A program made the position numbers and the translations under genes. This document shows positions 18,422-27,995 of a DNA stretch of 32,000 bases, piece by piece. The notes beneath the pieces are model-generated. The model did no database searches, had not been told where the DNA came from, and saw nothing but the letters and a program-made list of their open reading frames with translations. This DNA is from Mycobacterium leprae TN. Lineage in GTDB: Bacteria > Actinomycetota > Actinomycetes > Mycobacteriales > Mycobacteriaceae. Position 1 is the stretch's first letter; each line of letters begins with the position of its first letter. The stretch is taken from the NCBI RefSeq assembly GCF_000195855.1, contig NC_002677.1, forward strand, positions 2,430,001 to 2,462,000. Reading direction: 5' to 3'.

Positions 18422-19822
18422 ATGAATGCCCAGCCAGCAGCCACAGCTGCTCAGGACCGCCGGCATCAAGTCGTCATCATCGGGTCAGGATTTGGTGGTC
18501 TGAACGCAGCGAAGAAGCTCAAGCGAGCCAACGTCGACATTAAGTTAATCGCCCGCACCACCCATCACCTATTCCAGCCATTGCTATACCAGGTGGCCAC
18601 CGGCATCATCTCCGAGGGGGAAATCGCGCCGCCGACCCGAGTCGTCTTGCGTAAGCAGCGCAACATCCAAGTGCTGCTCGGCAATGTAACCCACATTGAC
18701 TTAGCTAACCAGTGCGTCGTGTCGGAGTTACTCGGTCACACCTATGAAACCCTCTATGACAGCCTTATTGTCGCGGCCGGAGCTGGCCAGTCGTACTTCG
18801 GGAACGACCAATTCGCTGAATTCGCACCCGGTATGAAGTCAATTGATGACGCGCTGGAGTTGCGTGGGAGGATTTTGAGCGCCTTCGAGCAGGCCGAACG
18901 GTCAAACGATCCGGAACGACGAGAGAAACTGCTAACATTCACTGTGGTTGGAGCCGGCCCCACCGGTGTCGAGATGGCTGGGCAAATCGCCGAATTGGCC
19001 GACCATACGTTGAAGGGAGCCTTCCGTCGCATCGACTCAACCAAGGCCCGGGTAGTTTTGCTCGACGCTGCCCCCGCGGTGTTGCCGCCGATGGGCGAAA
19101 AACTAGGTCAGCGTGCGGCCGCTCGATTGCAGAAGATGGGCGTGGAGATCCAGCTGAGTGCAATGGTCACAGATGTGGACCGCAATGGCATTACAGTCCA
19201 AGACTCCGATGGCACAGTCCGGCGCATCGAATCGGCCTGTAAGGTGTGGTCAGCGGGGGTCTCAGCAAGCCGGCTGGGAAGAGACCTTGCCGAGCAGTCC
19301 TTGGTTGAACTCGACTGGGCTGGCCGGGTGAAAGTGCTGCCCGATCTGTCCATCCCTGGATATCGAAACGTGTTTGTGGTCGGTGACATGGCCGCCATCG
19401 ACGGCGTGCCTGGAGTCGCGCAGGGTGCTATTCAGGGCGCTAAATACGTGGCAAACAACATAAAGGCTGAACTCGGTGAGGCCAACCCAGCCGAACGCGA
19501 GCCGTTTCAGTACTTCGACAAGGGCTCCATGGCCACAGTGTCACGGTTTTCCGCGGTAGCCAAGATCGGTCCGCTAGAGTTCAGCGGCTTTATCGCCTGG
19601 CTGATGTGGTTGGTGCTGCATCTGATGTACTTAATCGGCTTCAAAACCAAAATCACCACGTTGTTGTCGTGGACGGTGACTTTTTTGAGCACTCGGCGAG
19701 GTCAGCTGACCATTACCGAGCAGCAAGCTTTCGCGCGAACGCGGCTCGAACAGCTGGCAGAGTTGACTGCCGAATCTCAGAGTACAGCGGCAGCTAACAG
19801 GGCCACCATGCGGGCGAGCTAG
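18422..19822 (+). CDS. ndh: Type II NADH dehydrogenase (NDH-2), 466 aa
   Basis: It has two dinucleotide folds (VVIIGSGFGGLNAAKKL and FTVVGAGPTGVEMAGQIAEL) and a C-terminal membrane-anchoring segment. AGGAG lies about 10 nt upstream. Confidence 0.95.
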   Translation: MNAQPAATAAQDRRHQVVIIGSGFGGLNAAKKLKRANVDIKLIARTTHHLFQPLLYQVATGIISEGEIAPPTRVVLRKQRNIQVLLGNVTHIDLANQCVVSELLGHTYETLYDSLIVAAGAGQSYFGNDQFAEFAPGMKSIDDALELRGRILSAFEQAERSNDPERREKLLTFTVVGAGPTGVEMAGQIAELADHTLKGAFRRIDSTKARVVLLDAAPAVLPPMGEKLGQRAAARLQKMGVEIQLSAMVTDVDRNGITVQDSDGTVRRIESACKVWSAGVSASRLGRDLAEQSLVELDWAGRVKVLPDLSIPGYRNVFVVGDMAAIDGVPGVAQGAIQGAKYVANNIKAELGEANPAEREPFQYFDKGSMATVSRFSAVAKIGPLEFSGFIAWLMWLVLHLMYLIGFKTKITTLLSWTVTFLSTRRGQLTITEQQAFARTRLEQLAELTAESQSTAAANRATMRAS

Positions 19823-20592
19823 ACAGTTAACCTGTCCCCCTGATTAGCTGTGAGCAGCCAAGCTTAGCTGTCGTTGGACAGGTCCTGGAATCTCCACCTG
19901 GCCGCAGGTCACCCTCGTGTTCGGTGTCGTTGGCTCAGTGTGACTAGCCATAACTAGCTGACGCCGGCTGCGATGGATTGGTGGTGTACGCCACCCCAGA
20001 ACCGATGATGGAGCGAAGGAAATCAATATTGTTGACACCCAAGCACATTTCCGCAGCTGCAGCAACTATTGAGCCAGGTGTAGGCCGCCATGCTGATCAT
20101 GCTTTGGCATGATCAGCAGTAGACACCGCCGGACACGAGGACCATCAGTCTTGCAATAGCTTGGGCTTCACCTCGAACTGGACGCAGGCGTCATCGAGGC
20201 TAATTCGGTGAACTGCAGCCCCAACGCGCTGTCAAATGGTGCGTTAGTGCTCAAACTTTTCGGTACATCGACCCGTGTCTACATCATCACCGGATCCACC
20301 TATGCGCATCAAAGCACAACCAACAGATACTGGAGTTGTCCAGGCAGACAATGTAGCGAGTCAACCGAGGGTCACGGCCGCCCTCAGGACACCAGCACTG
20401 TCATTGCCGCTCGACCAGCCAAAAATAGGCAAGGCTGCCCTAATTTAGCAAAAGTTGGGTGTGAGTCACGACGATAGATCTCGATGGTGGCCACTGTTAA
20501 TAGTGTCACATTAGAGTCCTAGACAGCTGATCTACTAAATCACGTCTGTCGACCGCCGACTCGGCTACCGCCGGGCCGACGGCAACCGACTT

Positions 20593-20616
20593 GGATACGA
20601 CAATCGGTAGTAATCC
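20593..20616. promoter_or_regulatory. Imperfect dyad GGATACGAC-AATCG-GTAGTAATCC upstream of blaI (candidate autoregulatory operator)
   Basis: TACGAC (20596-20601) and GTAGTA (20607-20612) form a 5-of-6 inverted repeat about 40 nt upstream of the blaI ATG. BlaI/MecI repressors bind TAC...GTA-type dyads. This is my own pattern match only. Confidence 0.3.
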
Positions 20617-20655
20617 GGAGTAAGCTGGCTTCAACGCTCAGGAGATGAACGAACT

Positions 20656-21084
20656 ATGGCCAAGCTGACGCGGCTGGGGGATTTAGAACGTGCCGTGATG
20701 GATCATTTGTGGTCCAGACAAGAACCCCAAACAGTTCGTCAGGTCCACGAAGCGTTGTCGGCGCGACGCGACCTCGCCTACACGACTGTGATGACCGTGC
20801 TGCAGCGATTGGCTAAGAAGAATCTGGTCTCGCAGATTCGTAACAACCGGGCCCACCGATACGCGCCGGTGCATGGCCGGGACGAACTGGTGGCTGGCTT
20901 AATGGTCGACGCGCTGGACCAAGCCGAGGATTCCGATAGCAGGCAAGCCGCGCTTGTGCACTTCGTCGAGCGGGTCGGGGCCGACGAGGCGGACGCGCTG
21001 CGACGCGCACTTGCAGAACTGGAAACACATCAACGCCATGTCCGTCATCTGGTGGCACTCCAGCGGACAACTGAGGGAGACTAG
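20656..21084 (+). CDS. blaI: BlaI/MecI-family winged-helix transcriptional repressor, 142 aa
   Basis: MAKLTRLGDLERAVMDHLWSRQEPQTVRQVHEAL...AYTTVMTVLQRLAKKNLV is colinear with M. tuberculosis BlaI (Rv1846c) as recalled. Confidence 0.9.
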   Translation: MAKLTRLGDLERAVMDHLWSRQEPQTVRQVHEALSARRDLAYTTVMTVLQRLAKKNLVSQIRNNRAHRYAPVHGRDELVAGLMVDALDQAEDSDSRQAALVHFVERVGADEADALRRALAELETHQRHVRHLVALQRTTEGD

Positions 21085-21088
21085 CAGC

Positions 21089-22039
21089 GTGTCCGCACTG
21101 GCCTTTACCATCCTCGCGGTGCTGCTGGTTGGCCCCACACCGACCTTAGTAGCACGTTCGACATGGCCGTTGCGCGCTCCACGCGCCGCGATGGTGTTGT
21201 GGCAGACCATTGCTCTGGCCGCGGCACTTTCGACGTTCAGCGCCGGCATTGCGATCGCCAGTCGGGTGCTCATGCCCGGCCCTGACGGGCGGCTCACTGC
21301 CAGCGTTATCGGCGCCGCCGGCCGGCTCGGTTGGCCACTGTGGGCGGCATACGTCGCCGCCTTCGCGCTGACAGTGCTAGTCGGTGCACGGCTGATCGTT
21401 GCGATAGTGCGGGTGGCCATCGCCACACGGCGGCGGCGGGCCCACCACCGCATGGTGGTCGACCTGGTCGGGGTCGGACACAATGCGGCCCTCGCGCAGC
21501 CGTGCGCCCGCGCGCGCGACCTTCGAGTCTTGGAGGTGGCGCAACCACTCGCCTACTGTCTGCCGGGCGTGCGTAGCCGAGTAGTGGTCAGCGAAGGGGC
21601 GCTGACCAAGCTGAACGACACAGAAGTCACGGCGATCCTCACCCACGAACGGGCTCATCTGCGTGCCCGGCACGACTTGGTGTTGGAGGCATTCACCGCG
21701 GTACATGCAGCCTTTCCACGGCTGGTCCGTAGCTCCGCCGCGCTGAGTGCGGTGCGGCTACTCGTCGAGCTGCTAGCCGATGACGCCGCGGTACGTGCTG
21801 CGGGGCGCACTCCCCTCGCCCGGGCATTAGTTGCTTGTGCGTCCGGTCAGGCGCCGTCAGGCGCGCTAGCCGCGGGTGGCAACACCACCGTGCTGCGTGT
21901 ACGCCGACTGTCGGGGCGAAGCAACAGCGCGGTGGTGTCCGCAGCCGCATATTTGGCCGCGGCAATCGTATTATTAGTGCCTACTGTAGCGCTAGCCGTA
22001 CCGTGGCTGACGGAGCTACAACGGCTGTTCAATATTTAA
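21089..22039 (+). CDS. blaR: BlaR1-like M56 membrane zinc metalloprotease/sensor, 316 aa
   Basis: The GTG at 21089 lies 4 nt after the blaI stop, with GAGGGAGA upstream. There are several N-terminal TM segments and the HExxH motif in ILTHERAHLRARHD. The longer start in the ORF track overlaps blaI in another frame and is unlikely. Confidence 0.85.
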   Translation: MSALAFTILAVLLVGPTPTLVARSTWPLRAPRAAMVLWQTIALAAALSTFSAGIAIASRVLMPGPDGRLTASVIGAAGRLGWPLWAAYVAAFALTVLVGARLIVAIVRVAIATRRRRAHHRMVVDLVGVGHNAALAQPCARARDLRVLEVAQPLAYCLPGVRSRVVVSEGALTKLNDTEVTAILTHERAHLRARHDLVLEAFTAVHAAFPRLVRSSAALSAVRLLVELLADDAAVRAAGRTPLARALVACASGQAPSGALAAGGNTTVLRVRRLSGRSNSAVVSAAAYLAAAIVLLVPTVALAVPWLTELQRLFNI

Positions 22040-22045
22040 CCCAGT

Positions 22046-22063
22046 CTTAGCGCAAACGCTGAG
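22046..22063 (+). terminator. Small hairpin after blaR: CTTAGCG-caaa-CGCTGAG
   Basis: It forms a 7-bp stem (one G-U pair) with a 4-nt loop, beginning 7 nt after the blaR stop. No U tract follows (A5 instead), so it is at best an I-shaped, factor-assisted terminator. Confidence 0.3.
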
Positions 22064-22178
22064 CGAAAAACCTTATGGATGACCACAAGTACGCTATGCC
22101 ACAGTGTGCCGGAATAGCGTTGGCGACAATTTGCCGCACAAGTTCTCCAACCTGAGAGGCGCAAAGGAGATGCAGGAC

Positions 22179-23630
22179 ATGAGTGCGCCGGAATCGAAGA
22201 CGGCCATTGCGCAGATCGGCGTCACCGGGCTAGCCGTGATGGGTTCGAACATCGCCCGGAATTTCGCCCGACACGGCTATACCGTGGCGTTGCACAATCG
22301 GTCAATCGCCAAGACCGACACACTGCTCAAAGAGCACGGATCCGAAGGGAATTTCGTGCGAACCGAAACGATCCCCGAGTTCCTTGCCGCACTACAGACT
22401 CCGCGACGGGTGCTGATCATGGTAAAAGCCGGTGACGCCACCGATGCCGTCATCAATGAACTCGCCGATGTTATGGAACCCAGCGACATCATCATCGACG
22501 GCGGCAATTCGCTGTTCACCGACACCATTCGCCGCGAAAAAGCAATGCGTGAGCGTGGCCTGCACTTCGTCGGCGCCGGGATCTCCGGCGGCGAGGAGGG
22601 TGCACTGAACGGACCGTCGATCATGCCCGGCGGGCCCGCCGAATCGTATACCTCGCTGGGCCCGCTGCTTGAGGAGATTTCCGCGCACGTCGACGGGGTG
22701 TCGTGTTGCACCCACATCGGGCCAGGCGGGTCGGGCCACTTCGTCAAAATGGTCCACAACGGCATCGAGTACTCCGACATGCAGCTCATTGGCGAGGCCT
22801 ACCAGCTGCTGCGCGACGGATTGGGCATGAGTGCACCGCAAATCGCTGACGTGTTTACCGAATGGAACAGGGGCGATCTGAACAGCTACTTGGTAGAGAT
22901 CACCGCTGAAGTGTTGCGCCAGACCGATATCAAGACCGGCAGGCCGCTGGTCGATGTCATCCTCGATAAGGCCGAGCAAAAGGGTACCGGCCGGTGGACC
23001 GTACAGTCCGCCCTGGACTTGGGCGTGCCGATAACTGGAATAGCCGAGGCGGTGTTCGCGCGCGCGCTGTCGGGTTCGGTGCTGCAACGCAAGGCCGCCA
23101 TCGGGCTGGCCTCCGGCAAGTTGGGCAACAAACCCACAGATCGCGAGACATTCATCGAAGACGTACGCCAGGCCCTGTATGCCTCCAAGATTGTGGCCTA
23201 CGCGCAGGGGTTCAATCACATCCAAACCGGTAGTACCGAGTTCGGTTGGAACATCACACCGGGTGACTTGGCGACCATCTGGCGCGGCGGCTGCATCATC
23301 CGGGCGAAGTTTCTCAACCGCATCAAGGAAGCTTTCGACGCCGCCCCCGACCTGGCCAGCCTGATCGTTGCGCCGTATTTCCGCAGTGCTGTCGAATCGG
23401 CGATTGACAGTTGGCGGCGTGTGGTGTCCACAGCTACCCAGCTAGGTATCCCAAATCCCGGCTTCTCGTCCGCGTTGTCGTACTACGATGCGCTGCGCAC
23501 CGAGCGACTTCCGGCCGCACTGACCCAGGCTCAACGTGACTTTTTCGGCGCGCACAGCTACGGACGCGTCGACGCGCGGGGCAAATTCCACACACTATGG
23601 AGTGAAGACCGTAGCGAAGTTACGGTCTAG
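22179..23630 (+). CDS. gnd: 6-phosphogluconate dehydrogenase (decarboxylating), 483 aa
   Basis: IGVTGLAVMGSNIARNFARHGY is the NADP fold, and the body is a full-length 6PGDH. AAGGAG lies 9 nt upstream of the ATG at 22179. The ORF-track start at 22104 adds 25 non-homologous residues. Confidence 0.93.
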   Translation: MSAPESKTAIAQIGVTGLAVMGSNIARNFARHGYTVALHNRSIAKTDTLLKEHGSEGNFVRTETIPEFLAALQTPRRVLIMVKAGDATDAVINELADVMEPSDIIIDGGNSLFTDTIRREKAMRERGLHFVGAGISGGEEGALNGPSIMPGGPAESYTSLGPLLEEISAHVDGVSCCTHIGPGGSGHFVKMVHNGIEYSDMQLIGEAYQLLRDGLGMSAPQIADVFTEWNRGDLNSYLVEITAEVLRQTDIKTGRPLVDVILDKAEQKGTGRWTVQSALDLGVPITGIAEAVFARALSGSVLQRKAAIGLASGKLGNKPTDRETFIEDVRQALYASKIVAYAQGFNHIQTGSTEFGWNITPGDLATIWRGGCIIRAKFLNRIKEAFDAAPDLASLIVAPYFRSAVESAIDSWRRVVSTATQLGIPNPGFSSALSYYDALRTERLPAALTQAQRDFFGAHSYGRVDARGKFHTLWSEDRSEVTV

Positions 23631-23684
23631 TTGGCCAAGCTAAGAGACATCCGGTGGCCCCACACTAAATACAAAATCTTTTAG

Positions 23685-25136
<1,452 letters not shown>

Positions 25137-25338
25137 CACCTGACCTCGGCGAAAGTCGCTACGATGTGAACTTCTGGATTTCAGGGCACACAGCAATGTG
25201 CGCTGCTCCGTGGCCCAAACCGTTGAAGAGCGAAAGGGACGACGTGCCGCAGGCACCCGTTGAAGCCGTTGGCTCCCGGGTCGAGCAGCCACCCGCATCG
25301 TTGTCGGCTCCTCCAGCATCGCGAAAACCAAGCATGTC

Positions 25339-26654
25339 ATGAACGTAGCCGTCACTGTGTGCAGCTTGTTGGCCATCGGGTTGCTCATTTTCGAGCAACG
25401 CGGTGTTCGTCGCGGAGAAATTATCGTTGACCGCCCTGGACCGCAGCACGGTCAAGGCCAATGCTCGCAGCGGTACCCGCCAGGATCGCTGTATTCTGCA
25501 CGCCCAACACAAGTTGTCGTTCCAGCTTTCGGGAACTCAGTTGGGTATCTCAATCACCACTTTGGCAACGGGTTACCTGACCGAACCGATGATGGCCGAC
25601 CTACCGCATCCGGCGTTAAACGCGATCGGAATACCTGACCGAGTAGCCGACTGGATCACTACCTGCTTGGTGTTGGTGATTGTCACGTCGACGTCAATGG
25701 TGTTCGGCGAGCTGGTATCGCAGTATCTCGCCGTAGCGCGTCCGCTGCGCACCGCCCGCACTGTCGTAGGCGTGCAGCTGCTGCTCACTCCAGCCATTCG
25801 ATTGACCAACTGGGCAGCGAACTGCATTGTGCACAACCTGGGCATCGAACCGGCCGAGGAGCTGCGGTCTGCCCAGTCACCGCAGGAAACTGCTAGCATC
25901 TGATGCAAACCTCGGCGCGCAACGGCGCCCTGGACGCCACCACGGCGTCGCTGGTGAGACGGTCATTACAGTTCAGCACCCTGACTGCCGCGGAATTGAT
26001 GACGCCCCGGTCCACAATCGTGGCACTGCAAACCGACCACACTGTCAGCGACCTGGTTGCGACCGCCGCTGCGTCCGGGTTCTCGCGTTTCCCAATTGTC
26101 GATGGTGACCTCGACGCAACTGTTGGCATTGTTCACGTAAAGCAGGTTTTCGAAGTTCCATCCGCCGATCGCGCTAGCACGCTGTTGACCACAGTCGCAA
26201 AGCCAGTCACGGTTGTGCCGTCAACGCTGGACGGCAATGCGGTGATGGCGCAAATCTGCACGGATAGTCTGCAGACCGCATTGGTTGTCGACTAGTACGG
26301 CAGCACTGCCGGTATGTTAACTGTCGAGGATTTGATCTAAGAAAATCGTGAGCGATTTCCGCGACGAATATGACGACGCCACCCCAGACGTAGTGGCGGC
26401 CGGCAGGTATCGGGTTTGCTGCGCATTGACGAGGTGGTCAGCGCCATCGGATATCGAGCCTCCGAAGGGCCATAGGAAAAGATTGGTAGGCTCGTGCTCC
26501 GGAAGCTCGGTCACATTCCGGTAGTTGGGGAAACGGTGGAGCTGGCCGCCTTAGACGCAAATGGCCTGGCGGACGCAGGCACGGCAAGCCGCCCGTGGTC
26601 CAGATGGACAGCCGTCGGATCGACTTGCTTGCGCTGACTAAGCGGGGCAATTAA
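25339..26654 (+). pseudogene. CNNM/DUF21 + CBS pair + CorC_HlyC membrane protein pseudogene (Rv1842c-like)
   Basis: Pieces include [62 protein letters not shown] and [13 protein letters not shown] is followed by TAG, and YGSTAGMLTVEDLI by TAA. The end reads [19 protein letters not shown]. There are at least 4 frame changes. Confidence 0.75.
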
Positions 26655-26692
26655 CCGGGCGATTATCACAAATCCAGCCTAGGACTGGGCTG

Positions 26693-27755
26693 ATGCAAAA
26701 CATTCTGGTACTGCTGGCGGCTACCGTGCTAATCGGAACCAAACGCGTTTTTCTTCGGCGCGGAATTCTCGCTGATCTCAGCCCCGTCGCGACCGCCTTG
26801 AAGCGTTGACCGAACAGGGCAGAACGAGCGGAATCATCGTGATGCGCCAGCGAGCAGCTCTCGTCTATGCTGGCAGGAGCTCAACTAGCTGTCACCGTAA
26901 CCCTCGATACTGCTCGCCAAGATTAGCGAGGCGGCAGCGACCAAGCTGTTGCGGACATCGTGTCAGCTGACCGGTACGTCACCTCCGCTGCTGCACATCC
27001 TGTCGCTGGTGATTACGTTGGCGCTGTTGGTCGCCCCTACATGTGCTGTTCGGCGAGGTAGTACCCAAGAATATCGCCCTGGCCGATCCGGAACGAACAG
27101 CAACGTTGCTATTACCATTCTGCCTGATCTACGTGCGTGCTACCCAACCGTTCATTGTTCTCTACAACAACATGCACCAACGCGGTATTGCGCGGGCTGG
27201 GCGTAGAGTCGAAAGACGAACTCGACATCACAGTTTCCACAGCCAAGTTTAGCGAGATGATTTCCGAATCGGTATCAAAGGGTCTGCTGGATCAAGAAGA
27301 ACACAAGTGGCTGACGCGAGCACTGCAGATTCGCACTAGAGTGGTCGCCGATGTTGCACGGCTGCTTGCTGATATCCGAGCAGTGCCGGTAGCGACAGCC
27401 GGCTGTAGCTCAACTGTTGACGCGGTCGAACGGGCCCTAGCCCAAACCGGCTATTATCGGTTTCCGGTTGTTGGTCTCGACAGCGAGTTCGTGGGATATC
27501 TGCACATAAAGGATGTGTTGACGCTCGGCGATGATCCGCAGACCGTGATCGATCTGGCACTCGTACGTCCACTGCCCGAGGTGCCCGAATCACTGCCGTT
27601 GGCCGATGCTTTTCGCAGATGTGTCGCAGCAACAGCCATCTGGCACTGGTGACTGCCGATGGTGGCGAGGTAGTCGCGTTGGTGGCGATGGAGGATCTAG
27701 TGAACGATCTACGGCACCATGCACAACGGGACACACTGAAACTAAGCACCGGGTA
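26693..27755 (+). pseudogene. Second CNNM/DUF21 + CBS membrane protein pseudogene (Rv1841c-like)
   Basis: Pieces include MQNILVLLAATVLIG, LFGEVVPKNIALADPERTA, GLGVESKDELDITVS, GLLDQEEHKWLTRALQIRTRVVADV, YRFPVV and LVAMEDLVNDL. The N-terminal half is frameshifted several times. Confidence 0.75.
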
Positions 27756-27789
27756 GAGCCGCCAGCAGCCCGTATGAGCTTTAATTGTT

Positions 27790-27827
27790 ACACCTAACTA
27801 GATCGGTTAGGTGTGTTATCAACACAC
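27790..27827 (+). other. Two overlapping, mutually exclusive perfect hairpins between the decayed CNNM gene and glcB
   Basis: Hairpin 1 is ACACCTAAC-tagatcg-GTTAGGTGT (27790-27814; 9 bp stem, 7 nt loop). Hairpin 2 is GTGTGTT-atc-AACACAC (27811-27827; 7 bp stem, 3 nt loop). They share GTGT at 27811-27814. Confidence 0.5.
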
Positions 27828-27995
27828 GTTTCGCAAAACCAAGCCTCGGGCGACCGATGAAGCTGTTGACCTGCTGTTGCGGGTCGGCCGGAATACGCTC
27901 GTCAGGCTGTTGGCCGGTAGGCTTATGCGCGTAGACCGTGAGAGCCACATCGGGGACCGTTGGGGCCGCCAGTAAGCCCAATATGGAGGAGAACC

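Noticed and set aside
19830-19883. ACCTGTCC ... GGACAGGT inverted repeat after ndh as a terminator
   Set aside because: The 8-bp arms are separated by a 38-nt loop and there is no U tract. That is too weak to call a terminator, though it may still contribute to 3'-end structure.
20170-20450. PaaI/hotdog thioesterase-like reading (possible Rv1847 remnant)
   Set aside because: The similarity is loose and requires me to introduce a frameshift. The reading is also on the strand opposite to that expected from synteny. I did not annotate it as a feature.
20899-21483. 194-aa minus-strand ORF and the 20954 start of the long plus ORF overlapping blaI
   Set aside because: The minus ORF is antisense to blaI/blaR. 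The 20954 start would overlap blaI by 130 nt in another frame. The GTG at 21089, with an upstream SD, gives the 316-aa length expected for BlaR.
22392-23225. 277-aa minus-strand ORF inside gnd (and similar ones at 22277-22789, 23810-24310 and 24311-24685 inside gnd and guaB1)
   Set aside because: These are classic long antisense shadow ORFs of highly expressed GC-rich genes. The plus-strand products are full-length, well-known enzymes.
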